In this document: positions 8,118-18,449 of the stretch, one piece after another
Numbering within the stretch: the first letter of the stretch is position 1
Layout of the letters: each line of letters starts with the position of its first letter
Assembly (NCBI GenBank): GCA_963789265.1
Contig: CAWBKB010000005.1
Coordinates: 448,001 to 512,000, forward strand
DNA: 64,000 nucleotides
Direction of reading: 5' to 3'
DNA from: an uncultured delta proteobacterium
Lineage (GTDB): Bacteria > Desulfobacterota > Desulfomonilia > Desulfomonilales > Desulfomonilaceae
The notes under the pieces: model-generated
What the model was told of the DNA's origin: nothing
The model's input: only the letters and a program-made list of their open reading frames with translations
Databases searched by the model: none
Position numbers and translations under genes: made by a program

Positions 8118-8393
8118 ATGTTGAAAGTCCGCTTTTTTATGAATGAACCCAATGGCAAGCCTTGAAGACACTTCAAGGAAATGGCGTCCAGGTTGGGCGC
8201 AGAATACCCCATCGACATTGAAGTTACGTCAAAGCCACGCGCTGAATACCGAACCGATGAATGGGCCGAGACAGAACTTCCCTGCGCTCCGGCAATCATG
8301 ATCGGCGAAGACGTTGTGGCAGAAGGGTCGGATGTTACCGAAGAGAAGGTTGTTGCCGAGATCAGAAAACAACTGAGTATGCCCCCAATTTAA
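8118..8393 (+). CDS. tsoC: Thioredoxin-fold-like selenoprotein with NEPNGKPU motif (91 aa; UGA=Sec at 8163-8165)
   Basis: SD GGAGG and ATG 8118; MLKVRFFMNEPNGKP-U-RHFKEM continues in frame into ORF 8181-8393 (LPCAPAIMIG); the C-terminus may be cut short by an indel. Confidence 0.85.
8184..8200 (+). promoter_or_regulatory. SECIS-like hairpin for UGA 8163
   Basis: GCGTCCA-GGT-TGGGCGC; GGT loop 25 nt after the UGA. Confidence 0.7.
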
Positions 8394-8484
8394 ACCGGAG
8401 AAGACAGGGATCTTGGGTAGTGGATTTGACAAGCGAGTCTCATAGCGTGTCAACGGAACCTATTTCTAATCTATTGGCAGAAAA

Positions 8485-9337
8485 ATGAATATGCTCATCA
8501 TAGAGAATGAGCCAATAATAAGGCTCGTTTTTTTCCTGGGAATATTTTTGGCTGTGGCGTTGGGAGAGCTCGCCGCCCCTCGCCGCCGCCTTCTCACATC
8601 CAAGGCTTCTCGCTGGTTCGCTAACATAGCGATAGTCATCATAAATACTGCCGTTGTAAGATTTATGTTTCCTGTCGCAGCCGTAGGCATGGCAGTAATT
8701 GCGGCTCAGAAGCATTGGGGACTCTTTAACAACCTCGCGATGACGTTACTGGGTCGCTGTCGTCTTGTCGGTGGTCATTCTTGATTTCGTAATTTACCTG
8801 CAGCATGTCTTGTTCCATGCAATTCCGATCTTTTTCCGATTGCACATGATGCACCACGCGGACTTAGACTTTGATCTGACTACAGGCACTCGTTTTCACC
8901 CAATCGAAATCATCCTTTCCATGCTGGTTAAAGTCGCAGCCGTTGTCCTCATCGGAGCGCCCGCAGTGGCGGTCATCATCTTTGAAATGATCCTGAACGC
9001 TACATCTACATTTAATCACGGTAATGTGCTTCTCCCTCTGGGGATAGATCGAGTGTTGCGGCTACTCGTGGTCACCCCTGATATGCACCACGTTCATCAC
9101 TCTGTTTTTCCTTTTGAGACGAACAGCAACTTCGGCTTCAATTTTCCTTGGTGGGATCGCCTCATGGGAACTTACCGAGACCAGCCAAGATCGGGCCACG
9201 TTGAGATGGCAATAGGGTTGAATCAGTTCCGAGACCCCTCGCGCCTCACACTACTAAGAATATTGGCCCTCCCGTTTGTCGGCACAACCGGCAACTATCC
9301 TATCAATCGCCGCGGCGTTTCCGGTGGAGATTCTTGA
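8485..9337 (+). CDS. Sterol desaturase/fatty acid hydroxylase superfamily membrane protein (frameshift ~8745)
   Basis: His boxes HVLFH, HMMHH, HHVHH; RFHPIE; NSNFG..WDRLMGTY; two ORFs joined by a +1 shift. Confidence 0.85.
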
Positions 9338-9404
9338 CAGCCCTGGGGCCGCACCCTCATGTGTACAATAGTGCTGATGAGAGTCTCCAAGATAATATTT
9401 CTAT

Positions 9405-10572
9405 CTAACTCTCTCTCAGCGCGTCAACAATCTTCAGGCGAGCCGCTCTCCATGCCGGCAGCAATCCGCCCATGAAGCCCATTGCAATAGCGAAAGCCAT
9501 TGTGGAACCGGCAATGGACGGGGTCAGTTCGAATCCGAAGGCCAACTCAGAAAAGGTGCTCCAGTTCATTGTTGAAATGGTCAAAAATTGAAGTAGCGAA
9601 CCGCAAGCCACTCCTGCTGTGCCTCCGATCAAGCCGAGGAGGACAGACTCGGCCAAAAAGGCTACCAGGATGTTTCTTCTCCTGAATCCAAGCGCCCTCA
9701 GGGTGCCGATTTCGCCGGTGCGATTGGCTACCGCGGAGTACATTGTCACCATGGCCCCGAGTATGGCGCCTATGCTGAAAAACATCGTCGTGGCAAGTCC
9801 CAATATCCGGATAAACTTGGCCATCACTTCAGACTGTTCTTTGTAAAATGCGATCTCCCGCTTAACTTGTACCGGAGAGACGCGGATCTTTTTCCAGGCG
9901 ATTTTTCAAGTCCTCGAACGCCTTTCGTCCGGGCACTTTCAGTATTACGTCAGAATAAGCGGTCCTTCGGAACGCGGACAGCAACTGATCGACATCTCCC
10001 CACACCTCGGAATTAAAAGCTGTTTTGCCCGCGTCAAATACACCCACGACGTTCCAATCAGAAAGAGCGAAATGCAAGGTTTGGCCAAGTGAGCCGCCTG
10101 TGACGGTCTCCGCGATGCTTTTGCCGGCGATTACTTCTCGGGAACCCGGCCGAAAAGTCCGTCCCGCAATCAATTTCACTTGAGGCCTGAGATCCATGGC
10201 CTTCATCCCAACTCCTCGCACGACTACATTTGTCGGCTTGCCCGTCTTCTTTTTCGGCACGGTTACCAACACAAGGGCCTCTTTGGACGCGATGGGCCCG
10301 CCGCGCGCGTCTTCGGCTATTTCAGGCTGAATTTCTATAACCGCGGCTGAATCGCGGTCGATGACACTGGATACCTCTGTTTGCGCCGAGCCCCTCAGGA
10401 CTATGGCATTACCGGGAGAACCCGTGTCGATCAGAGTTTGTTGTAATCCCTGGGCTAACATCAGCACCGCAGCAAAGACAAAGGTGACAAGAGCCATGCC
10501 TCCCGCGGTGAGAATACTGGTCCATTTTCTTGTCCAGAGATTGCGGAAACTGTAGCTAAAAGGTATGGCCAT
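9405..10572 (-). CDS. FtsX/MacB-like ABC transporter permease (frameshift ~9873)
   Basis: YSFRNLWTRK; RTGEIGTLRALGF; GGLLPAWRAARLKIVDALR; removing one G joins the two ORFs. Confidence 0.85.
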
Positions 10573-10739
10573 CGTAGATTTTGAGCAGTGCCTCCGTGAG
10601 GACTTGATTTAAGTAAAGCAACCCGTAGTGGTGGCAGGCGGATTCAATCATTAGCCGGCACGCCTGCCCCTATTCACCTGGTGTGAAGTATTATGCGGCA
10701 TTCGTTCACCCGGCAATCAATCCCGCGTTTCGCGCGGGA

Positions 10740-10921
10740 TCACCGCGGAGTGCGCAGAGAACGCAGAGATAGAAGATAGCTTATTCAACGTCGCGTGAGT
10801 CACCCTCGCGCACAGTCATACCGGAATTCCCTGACTGTCGCAGACCGGATCTTGCAGGGCTTCAGCGGATAGACGCGGAGCGAAACAGAATTGTCCGCGG
10901 TCTCTGCGTTCTCCGCGGTGA
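10740..10921. repeat. Inverted repeat pair TCACCGCGGAG(...)AACGCAGAGA
   Basis: 10740-10769 versus the reverse complement of 10901-10921. Confidence 0.7.
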
Positions 10922-10930
10922 ACTATTATA

Positions 10931-11597
10931 TTATCCGAAAATCAGTTCCAATGAGCCTTGTTCGAGATACACGTCAAAGACGTCGGCAAAACAGCTCGCG
11001 ACTGCCTTGCGCACAGACTCTACGGTTACGGGGCATCGTGAGAACTGATTCAGGCTTGCCATGCGTGCATCCGGCATTCCGCACGACACGATCAACTTCG
11101 ATGGATTCATCTTCAGATCGACATTCAGACTGAATCCGTGCGAGGCAATCCGACGCTGAATGCGCACCCCTATGGATGCGATCTTGTCTACGGGGCTTGT
11201 CCAGACCCCGACTTTTCCGGGTCGGCAGAAGCCGTGTACGTCGAAAGCTCCCAATATCTTTATGATTGTTTCTTCAAGACCCTGAACATACTTTCTTGCA
11301 GAAAGGCCCAGGGCCTTCAAATCCACTATGGGATAACAGACTACTTGCCCCGGCCCATGGAATGTCGCCTCACCGCCACGGTCCACATGATAAAGTGCAA
11401 CACCTCTTGCTGCCAGTTCTTGCTGCGAAATCAATACGTCTGAAGATTTTCCTCGTATGCCAAGAGTTACTGTCGGAGGATGTTCCAGGATCAGTAAGAC
11501 ATCAGGTCTCCTCTCAAAGATTTTTTGTTGCACAATTCTGTTCTGGAGTTTCTAAGCACCGGGCGTATTCGATCAAATCAAGTTCGATAAGAAGCAT
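10931..11597 (-). CDS. lipB: Lipoyl(octanoyl) transferase LipB (frameshift ~11550)
   Basis: LEHPPTVTLG, DRGGEATFHGPGQ, KIASIG, HGFSLNV, SCG; N-terminus MLLIELDLIEY lies in the adjacent frame. Confidence 0.9.
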
Positions 11598-11646
11598 TAC
11601 TTTGAAGCTACCGCAGCAAGGTTTGGATTTGTAGAGGCACGGCATG

Positions 11647-11852
11647 GAGGCTGTCTCAAAACTATATTGATGACCAGAATCGTGCCACGATGCAGCCCGG
11701 CGCTGAAGCACCGGTCTACTTTCTATCGCCCCGATGGGGCTCAAACGCAAGAGTCCCGGAGGGACAAGGGATAGTAGCCCGGTAATTCATTACCGGGAAA
11801 GTGGGGCATCGTGCCACGAATCTCGTTCATGCCTCCCTTTTGAGACAGCCTC
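11647..11852. mobile_element. MITE inserted in the centre of a GTAG-type REP
   Basis: 15-bp TIR GAGGCTGTCTCAAAA; CATG target duplication; flanks rejoin to GTAGAGGCACGGCATGCCGTGCCTCTAC. Confidence 0.85.
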
Positions 11853-11893
11853 CATGCCGTGCCTCTACCCGTAGTTTGCGATTGTCGACTTTG

Positions 11894-13078
11894 CTACATC
11901 TTTTCCACCACTATCGCGGCGCCCATGCCGCCGCCTACACACAGTGTGGCGAGACCCTTCTTCACGTTCTCTCGTTTCTTCATCTCATGCAGTAGAGTTG
12001 TCAGAATTCGCGCGCCGGAAGCCCCTATGGGGTGGCCCAAAGCTATCGCGCCGCCGTTAACATTAACCTTGTCCATGTCGAATCCGAGATCCTTGCCCAC
12101 CGCGCAGGTCTGAGCAGCGAAAGCCTCGTTAGCCTCGATAAGATCCATGTCCGCTAGGGTCAGGCCGGCTTTTTCCAGGGCTTTCTTGGTCGCGGGAATC
12201 GGGCCGAGGCCCATCACTTTGGGATCGACCCCCGCGGACGCGTAGGAGATCACTCTAACCATAGGCTTCAACCCCAGTTCCTTTGCCTTATCCGCAGACA
12301 TAACCAGTATAGCGGCTGCTCCGTCATTTATTCCCGAAGCATTGCCCGCGGTGACCGTGCCATCCTTCTTGAACGCGGGTTTCAGTTTGCTGAGAGTCTC
12401 TGCGGTTGTGCCAAGTCGAGGATGCTCGTCTGTGTCGAAAACCTTTGGATCTCCTTTCCGTTGAGGTACAAGAACCGGTACAATCTCGTCTTTGAAACGC
12501 CCACTTTTGATCGCTTTTTCAGCCCTCTGTTGGCTCATAAGTCCCAGTTCGTCCTGATCCTCGCGGGTGAGCTTGTACTGATCCGCTACATTTTCTGCTG
12601 TCACACCCATGTGATAGTTGTTGAAGATTTCCCAAAGCCCGTCATGGATCATTATGTCGACGAGTTTGTCGTCATTCATCCGCGCTCCCCACCTGGCCTT
12701 GCTTATTGCATAAGGGGCCGCGGACATGTTTTCCGTTCCGCCCGCTATCACGATTTCCGCATCCCCTGCCTTGATTGTCTGCGCTGCTAGGGATACCGTG
12801 CGTAAACCGGATGCGCAAACCTTATTAATGGTCATGGCGGGCACTACTTGGGGTATTCCGGACCGGATTAAGACTTGGCGAGCCACGTTTTGCCCCTGAC
12901 CTGCTTGCAAAACGCATCCGAAAATCAGTTCGTCCACCAATGACGGATCGATTCCTGTCCTCTTAATGAGCTCCTTTACTACAATGGTCCCCAATTCCAC
13001 AGCCGGTATCCCGGTCAGCGACCCGCCGAATGAGCCTACCGGAGTCCGGACCGCGTCAATTATGACGACTTCTTTCAT
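11894..13078 (-). CDS. atoB: Acetyl-CoA C-acetyltransferase (thiolase)
   Basis: [36 protein letters not shown]. Confidence 0.95.
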   Translation of the reverse strand: MKEVVIIDAVRTPVGSFGGSLTGIPAVELGTIVVKELIKRTGIDPSLVDELIFGCVLQAGQGQNVARQVLIRSGIPQVVPAMTINKVCASGLRTVSLAAQTIKAGDAEIVIAGGTENMSAAPYAISKARWGARMNDDKLVDIMIHDGLWEIFNNYHMGVTAENVADQYKLTREDQDELGLMSQQRAEKAIKSGRFKDEIVPVLVPQRKGDPKVFDTDEHPRLGTTAETLSKLKPAFKKDGTVTAGNASGINDGAAAILVMSADKAKELGLKPMVRVISYASAGVDPKVMGLGPIPATKKALEKAGLTLADMDLIEANEAFAAQTCAVGKDLGFDMDKVNVNGGAIALGHPIGASGARILTTLLHEMKKRENVKKGLATLCVGGGMGAAIVVEKM

Positions 13079-13234
13079 GAACAAAACCTCCTGAGTCTAT
13101 TTGATCGCTTTAGTCTTTGACTATCTGTATCTTGATCGCAGTATAACCGCAAAACGTCTTCCGATCACCGTCCATTCCGCAACATCGGTCACAGCGCCTA
13201 TATCGGCTGCGGTTTTGCTTCTCGCGACTTTGGC

Positions 13235-14326
13235 TCACGGAATGAGACGTTCAGGGATCTTAATCTTTTTTTCCTTATAATAGCGAATTGCCCCGGGGTG
13301 TAGAGGGACGTTCAGTCCATCCAGAGCCTTTTCCAGGACTATGTTGCGGCAAGCGGGATGGATCCTCACGAGAAAGTCGAGATTCTCGAAAAGGGTCTTT
13401 GTAAGAGCATACACCACTTGAGCATTAAGTGACGCCGTCACGGCAAGAAGATTCATTTGCCCCACTGAATACACAGGTTTGTCCTGGCCGGGGTAGGTTC
13501 CGGCCGGAATAATTTGCCGGAAAACATGTCGCCAGCCTTCCTCCCGAACCGACTGCATCTGCGAATCGGTAATGTTGAGAAGGGCAAAACGTGGCTTCCC
13601 CTCGCTGAAAAGAGTCGCTACCAGAGGAACCGGTATGCCGCCGGTCAAGTCCGCACCGTCAACTTGCCCGTTTCTCAATGCCTCGGCAGCAGCCATGTTG
13701 CTCATAGGTCGCAGTTGAGTGTTAGTCGGGCCGGATGAGAGAGTTTTCAGGAGCAACTCAGTTGTGAACCTGTGGCCGCTATCCGGCAAGCCTGTTGCTA
13801 TTGTTAATCCGTTCAAGTCCTCCAGCGTCCCGGTGTCGATCTTGTCAGCGCGGATCAACAGGTGGACTGTATCGGGCCACAGAGTTGTGATAGTCCGTAG
13901 TTCCTTCAGAGGTCGGCCTTTGTATATTCCTGTCCCTCTGTATGCCATAGAGCAGAAGAGGTCCTCCGCAAGGATCATGTCTGCATCCGCGATGCGAATG
14001 GCCTCAATATTCTCCATAGACCCTTCCGAGATCGCGGCAGAGACCCGGATGCCCATGCGGCGTAGCCTCGTTGTCCAGAGCGAAGCCATGCCCATCCCAA
14101 CTTGGTGATAGGTTCCGCCGCGCATGCCGGTTGCAATCAATACCGAAATGCGCGCGCGTTTGCCTTCCTTTGGCCATGCGGCCGCGGCCAATCCAGCGAT
14201 AGCCAGGAAAATGAGCACGGCCGGAAATAACCGGCAAGTCCTGCTTCCCCAGGGAAGCACGTGGAAACTGCGGCTATTTATCAAGTGCACTTCTTTACCC
14301 CTTCTTGCAGGGGTCGGCTCGAACAA
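13235..14326 (-). CDS. TAXI family TRAP transporter solute-binding subunit (start uncertain)
   Basis: IATG..GGTY, GSMENI, IPAGTYPGQ, PLHPGAIRYYKE. Confidence 0.9.
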   Translation of the reverse strand: MFEPTPARRGKEVHLINSRSFHVLPWGSRTCRLFPAVLIFLAIAGLAAAAWPKEGKRARISVLIATGMRGGTYHQVGMGMASLWTTRLRRMGIRVSAAISEGSMENIEAIRIADADMILAEDLFCSMAYRGTGIYKGRPLKELRTITTLWPDTVHLLIRADKIDTGTLEDLNGLTIATGLPDSGHRFTTELLLKTLSSGPTNTQLRPMSNMAAAEALRNGQVDGADLTGGIPVPLVATLFSEGKPRFALLNITDSQMQSVREEGWRHVFRQIIPAGTYPGQDKPVYSVGQMNLLAVTASLNAQVVYALTKTLFENLDFLVRIHPACRNIVLEKALDGLNVPLHPGAIRYYKEKKIKIPERLIP

Positions 14327-14669
14327 TCAACCCAAGACCCTAACAATCCGGCAGGACATGAATTTCTCCACAGAGGCGTTTGCGTGATTTGTAAAGATGC
14401 ATGCCGCGCGGATCCGGCGAGCACAGGTTCGCCATTTTTCCTTGGAAATCAAGGGATCTCGTGTTTAACTGCCGAAAGCCGTTGCCATAAGAATAAGAGC
14501 ATTTACTGGTGCCGACCCCGCCATTCGGATGAGGCCACCCCATCAGATCCGGAGTGGTCCGATTTCGAAGGATATGCATGTAGGTCGGAATTATTATCAC
14601 ACAGTTCAGAAAATGGGTATAGACTTCCACAGATTCGTGCAGACGCCTAACGTTCAGAAGAGAGGACAG

Positions 14670-15365
14670 ATGAACGTGTTCATGTCAATGCATTCGGAAA
14701 CACCTGCCCAATGGGACGCGCTCTCCGCAGCGCTTATGCTGAGATTGGACCTGTATCGACGAGTACGCGACACATTAACATTTGCGCTACACATTCCTGT
14801 TAACAGGCTCGCAAAATACATACTCAGCTTCACCATAGCGGCAGTCGTTCTCTCCCAGCCCGCAATCGCTGCCGATTCGAAAACTCATATCCGGGAATAT
14901 TATAGAAAGGCATCGGGAAGATATCCCACGGAAACAGACTTGGTTTCCATCGAAAAGAACATTCTATTCTTTACCAATAAAGAGCGGAGCGCCAGGGGAC
15001 TCCCGGCTTTTCGAGCAAGCCCCGTTCTTACATACCTGGCAAAGAGACAGACCGAGAACATGTGTGCGGCTCGAACTTTGGCGCATGAGTCCGACCGATT
15101 TCCCAAGGGTTGGAAGACATTCACGGACAGGTTGAAATACGCAAGGCTTAGAGCTGGCGGTGAAAACATCGCTTATCGGACACTGCGCGAGCAACCCGGT
15201 AAATGGGCCAAGGAAGTGGTAAAAGGATGGATGAAAAGTCCTAAACACCGAAAGAACATTCTCAACCCCAGGTGGCTCTATCTGGGAGTGGGGGTGCAGA
15301 TGTGCCCGAACAGTATCGCTTACGCCACTCAGTTTTTTGCGTCACGGCCGGGGCGCTTGCCTTGA
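14670..15365 (+). CDS. CAP/SCP domain protein
   Basis: NKERSARGL, GENIAY, GWMKSPKHRKNIL, GVGV...YATQFF. Confidence 0.85.
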   Translation: MNVFMSMHSETPAQWDALSAALMLRLDLYRRVRDTLTFALHIPVNRLAKYILSFTIAAVVLSQPAIAADSKTHIREYYRKASGRYPTETDLVSIEKNILFFTNKERSARGLPAFRASPVLTYLAKRQTENMCAARTLAHESDRFPKGWKTFTDRLKYARLRAGGENIAYRTLREQPGKWAKEVVKGWMKSPKHRKNILNPRWLYLGVGVQMCPNSIAYATQFFASRPGRLP

Positions 15366-15397
15366 GGTCGTAGGCGGCGCCGGTAACAAACTCGATT

Positions 15398-15895
15398 CTA
15401 CGAGTCCGTTTCCAAGGTCCACCGAAACGACTCCTGGATATCTTTCACGGAAGTGTCGGGCGGGAAGCCCCCTTTGAATAGTTCGTCCAGACTCGTAACA
15501 ATTCTGTCTCCCGAAGCCCCTTCGGCAATAATGAGAATGTCTGTACCGCCCTGTCGAGCGAACTCCTGGATATATTGAAGACACGTTCCACACGGGAGCA
15601 GAGGTGCATGGAGGTCCGAAACTACGGCAACCGCGAGGAACCTGTTTTCGCCATGAATCAGTGCATGGTTGATCGCGTTGCGTTCAGCGCACACCCCCAA
15701 CACTGGTATAAGACATTCGGTGTTGCATCCTTCGAATACGCTGCCGGTTCCAGTTAGTACGGCCGCTCCTACTCGAAAACGACTCAGAGGTACCGATGCG
15801 TGCTGCTTCACGCGGCGGGCTGTAAGAATCAGCTTGTCCACATCCCATCGTTGGCCGGCAGAATGGTCAGGTGAAAAATCATAATTCACAGGCAT
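15398..15895 (-). CDS. cdd: Cytidine deaminase family protein
   Basis: SRFRVGAA, GCNTE, CAERNA, PCGTCLQ zinc motifs. Confidence 0.85.
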   Translation of the reverse strand: MPVNYDFSPDHSAGQRWDVDKLILTARRVKQHASVPLSRFRVGAAVLTGTGSVFEGCNTECLIPVLGVCAERNAINHALIHGENRFLAVAVVSDLHAPLLPCGTCLQYIQEFARQGGTDILIIAEGASGDRIVTSLDELFKGGFPPDTSVKDIQESFRWTLETDS

Positions 15896-16009
15896 GGCGA
15901 CCGTGGATATCACCCCTGTGTAGTCAGGTCAAGCCCTGTTAATGCGCGCTGCAAGCAAGTTGAAAATTCAAAGCAGGAACGTTATCTTGGGCCATGAGAG
16001 GAGACAAAT

Positions 16010-16197
<188 letters not shown>

Positions 16198-16211
16198 CCA
16201 TTGTCCATGCA

Positions 16212-16273
16212 GTAGAGCGGCCCGTGGTGGCCACTCCCGAGAAACGCGGGACGGCGGGCATGGCCCTACCTAC
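16212..16273. repeat. GTAG-type REP-like element
   Basis: GTAGAGCGGCC...GGCC ... GGGCATGGCCCTACCTAC; related to 17691-17715. Confidence 0.55.
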
Positions 16274-16315
16274 CTCCTGCACTACCCCCTATTTACGCCT
16301 CTGATTAGGCGGTCT

Positions 16316-16993
16316 TCAGCCGTGATCTACGATACCAAATCTGAGATTTCGAAATTTCTGCCGATCTTCTGAGGACACTCTCGAGCCGACGCGCGCCATA
16401 AAAATGTTTTCTTCCCGGAGGGCAATATTCGGCTCATTAGTATAGAACTCCTGAAATCCATGAACTTTGAGCAAGCGCATCATCATGTTTCTGTATTGGG
16501 CCATGGTGAGGCCGCTACCGTCAAGGTCCCAGTGCCAGGAGAAGCCATTCATGTAAGCAATTTTGTCCTCAAAAAAGTCATCCGCCAAAACTGACGAAAT
16601 CATCTTTTGAGCAAGATGCATGTGGCGGAAGTTGCGGCTGACCTCCACCGCGCCCATTTCGTACATCAATTCCCCGAGCTTGCTCCAGCGTTCGGACTGA
16701 TCCGGGTACCAGCATGCCAAATAGCCGGCCACGATGTTGCCTTTCGAGAGGGCAAGTGCCACTCGGCCGTCTTTGCCGGACGAGACTTTTTCAAAGACCT
16801 CAAGCTTCTGGATGATCGACGAATAATGAGAAAAATTTCCCAGGCCTGAATCCAGTTTGAGATTGACGAAAAAACCGGGCGGACATCTCGGACAAATCGA
16901 AACCATCCCGTTTGGTGTTTCGAGAATTTGCGCATCCACGGCAGTCGCGCAGGTGGAGCTTTGATCGGATACGTGGCTCAAAAATCGCTCCAA
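16316..16993 (-). CDS. AcuA-like GNAT protein acetyltransferase
   Basis: YEMGAVEVSRNFR, WHWDLDGSGL..QYR, FYTNEPNI, MARVGSRV as in the AcuA family. Confidence 0.8.
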   Translation of the reverse strand: MERFLSHVSDQSSTCATAVDAQILETPNGMVSICPRCPPGFFVNLKLDSGLGNFSHYSSIIQKLEVFEKVSSGKDGRVALALSKGNIVAGYLACWYPDQSERWSKLGELMYEMGAVEVSRNFRHMHLAQKMISSVLADDFFEDKIAYMNGFSWHWDLDGSGLTMAQYRNMMMRLLKVHGFQEFYTNEPNIALREENIFMARVGSRVSSEDRQKFRNLRFGIVDHG

Positions 16994-17545
16994 TCACGAT
17001 GTAACGTCTTCACCATGATTATAAGGTCGCGATAGCAACCCTGGCGGTCTTTAACGTAATCCTTGAGAACAGCCTGCTCAAAGAAGTCCAGTTTGTAAGC
17101 AGCCTTCCTCGCGGCGTCTTCCAGAACCTGCAATGAATTCCGCAATCAGCTTTTCAATCCCCAAGCTCATGGCCAGCCTGATGGTATCCAAAAGCATCCA
17201 CGTCCCCAATCTCTGGTGGCGATAGGCCGGATCGACCATGATCCTGAGATGGGCTATGTGGCGTAGGCATTCCGAAGGGCGGCGATGGAGCCTAACGTTC
17301 GCAATAATTCTGTTGTCCTCCTGCCTTACTGCAACAAGAGGGAGAATGCGATTATAGTCCAGCTTCTGTATCCATTCATGCATCACAGAAGGTTCGGCCA
17401 CGTTGTCTCTAAGAAACCATCGCTCGTCTTCCGGGATCCTTTCGAAGAACTCCAACAGACGTTGCTCGTCGTCACGAGTTAAAGGACGGAGCAGGATAGG
17501 TGTTCCATCTTTGCTCATGATCTCCTTGGGGTAGTTCTCCAGCAT
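16978..17545 (-). CDS. GNAT family N-acetyltransferase (frameshift ~17125)
   Basis: KDGTPILLRPL, VDPAYRHQRLGT; the C-terminus LEDAARKAAYKLDFFEQAVLKDYVKD...WSDF* is in the next frame. Confidence 0.85.
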
Positions 17546-17765
17546 GTAGCTGCTCCTTCTCTCAAAAGCGGGCTTCCACACTGATGGTGTAACAGATGGG
17601 AGCGCCCCTAGCAACAGATCGTTGATGCCTAATACTGATGCGCCGTCAAAGAGGCATAAATCCGAGATACAATATGCTAGGACATCCAGCGCGGGACGGC
17701 CACAGGCCGCCCTACAGATTCCCGCGTACGCGGGTATGACAACATGTAGGGCCGGGTTTCAAACC

Positions 17766-17939
17766 CAATGCTGTTGACTTAAGCCGCATGCCTCTTGTCC
17801 AGGAGCTTTTCCTTCGACGGGCCTTCACCTCGTCATTCCGGCGGAGGCCGGAATCCAGGTTTTCCTAATCTCCCCTGGACCCCGGCCTTCGCCGGGGTGA
17901 CGGTGGGGTAGACGGAGGTCCCTTAAGTCAACAGCATTG
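17766..17939. mobile_element. MITE (IS4-like ends) inserted in a GTAG REP and carrying a CGTC REP doublet
   Basis: 18-bp TIR CAATGCTGTTGACTTAAG; 11-bp direct repeat GGTTTCAAACC on both sides; internal REP 17831-17902. Confidence 0.85.
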
Positions 17940-18063
17940 GGTTTCAAACCCGCCCCTACCAAAAACCCGGTGTCATTTGCTCGAAAATTAATCGCCATCA
18001 TGCACCGGCCAATCCGTTGGCACATCGCAGCACTTGATTCAAAGATGACATAACGGTGAGCTC

Positions 18064-18092
18064 TTGAATACCGAGAACTTCAGTCCTACAAT
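18064..18092 (+). promoter_or_regulatory. sigma70-like promoter
   Basis: TTGAAT-17 nt-TACAAT upstream of the 18158 ORF. Confidence 0.55.
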
Positions 18093-18157
18093 ACACGTCA
18101 TGCGGTCCGCGAAAGGCCCCAACGTAGATGACACGATTTGCTTAAGGGAGTGAATGT

Positions 18158-18343
18158 ATGGAGGAAAAAGAAGGCGTGGTTCTCGCAGCGATGAAAAAGG
18201 CGGGGAAACCGGTGAGACCCGGAGACGTGGCGAAGTTCCTCGATCTGGACAGCAAGGAGATTTCCAAGATCATAGATTCTCTGAAGAAGAAAGGAATGAT
18301 CGTCTCACCAAAGCGGTGCTACTACGCGCCCGCGGATAGTTGA
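18158..18343 (+). CDS. Small winged-helix (MarR-like) DNA-binding protein
   Basis: VRPGDVAKFLDLDSKEISKIIDSLKKKGMIVSPKRCYY; SD AAGGGAG. Confidence 0.8.
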   Translation: MEEKEGVVLAAMKKAGKPVRPGDVAKFLDLDSKEISKIIDSLKKKGMIVSPKRCYYAPADS

Positions 18344-18449
18344 AAAGGTTGCGGAAGCCTTATACCGATTTGCTTGCCGATGAGATAGAAGCGCTCGTCC
18401 GGCAACCTTGAACGGGTTGGGCATAGAGGCGCTGCATGCCCGGCTGCCT

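Noticed and set aside
5820..8393. Reading the TGA-split genes as pseudogenes or separate small ORFs
   Set aside because: The frames continue, the UGAs are in Cys-like or redox-motif contexts and are followed by hairpins; four independent nonsense events in adjacent genes are unlikely
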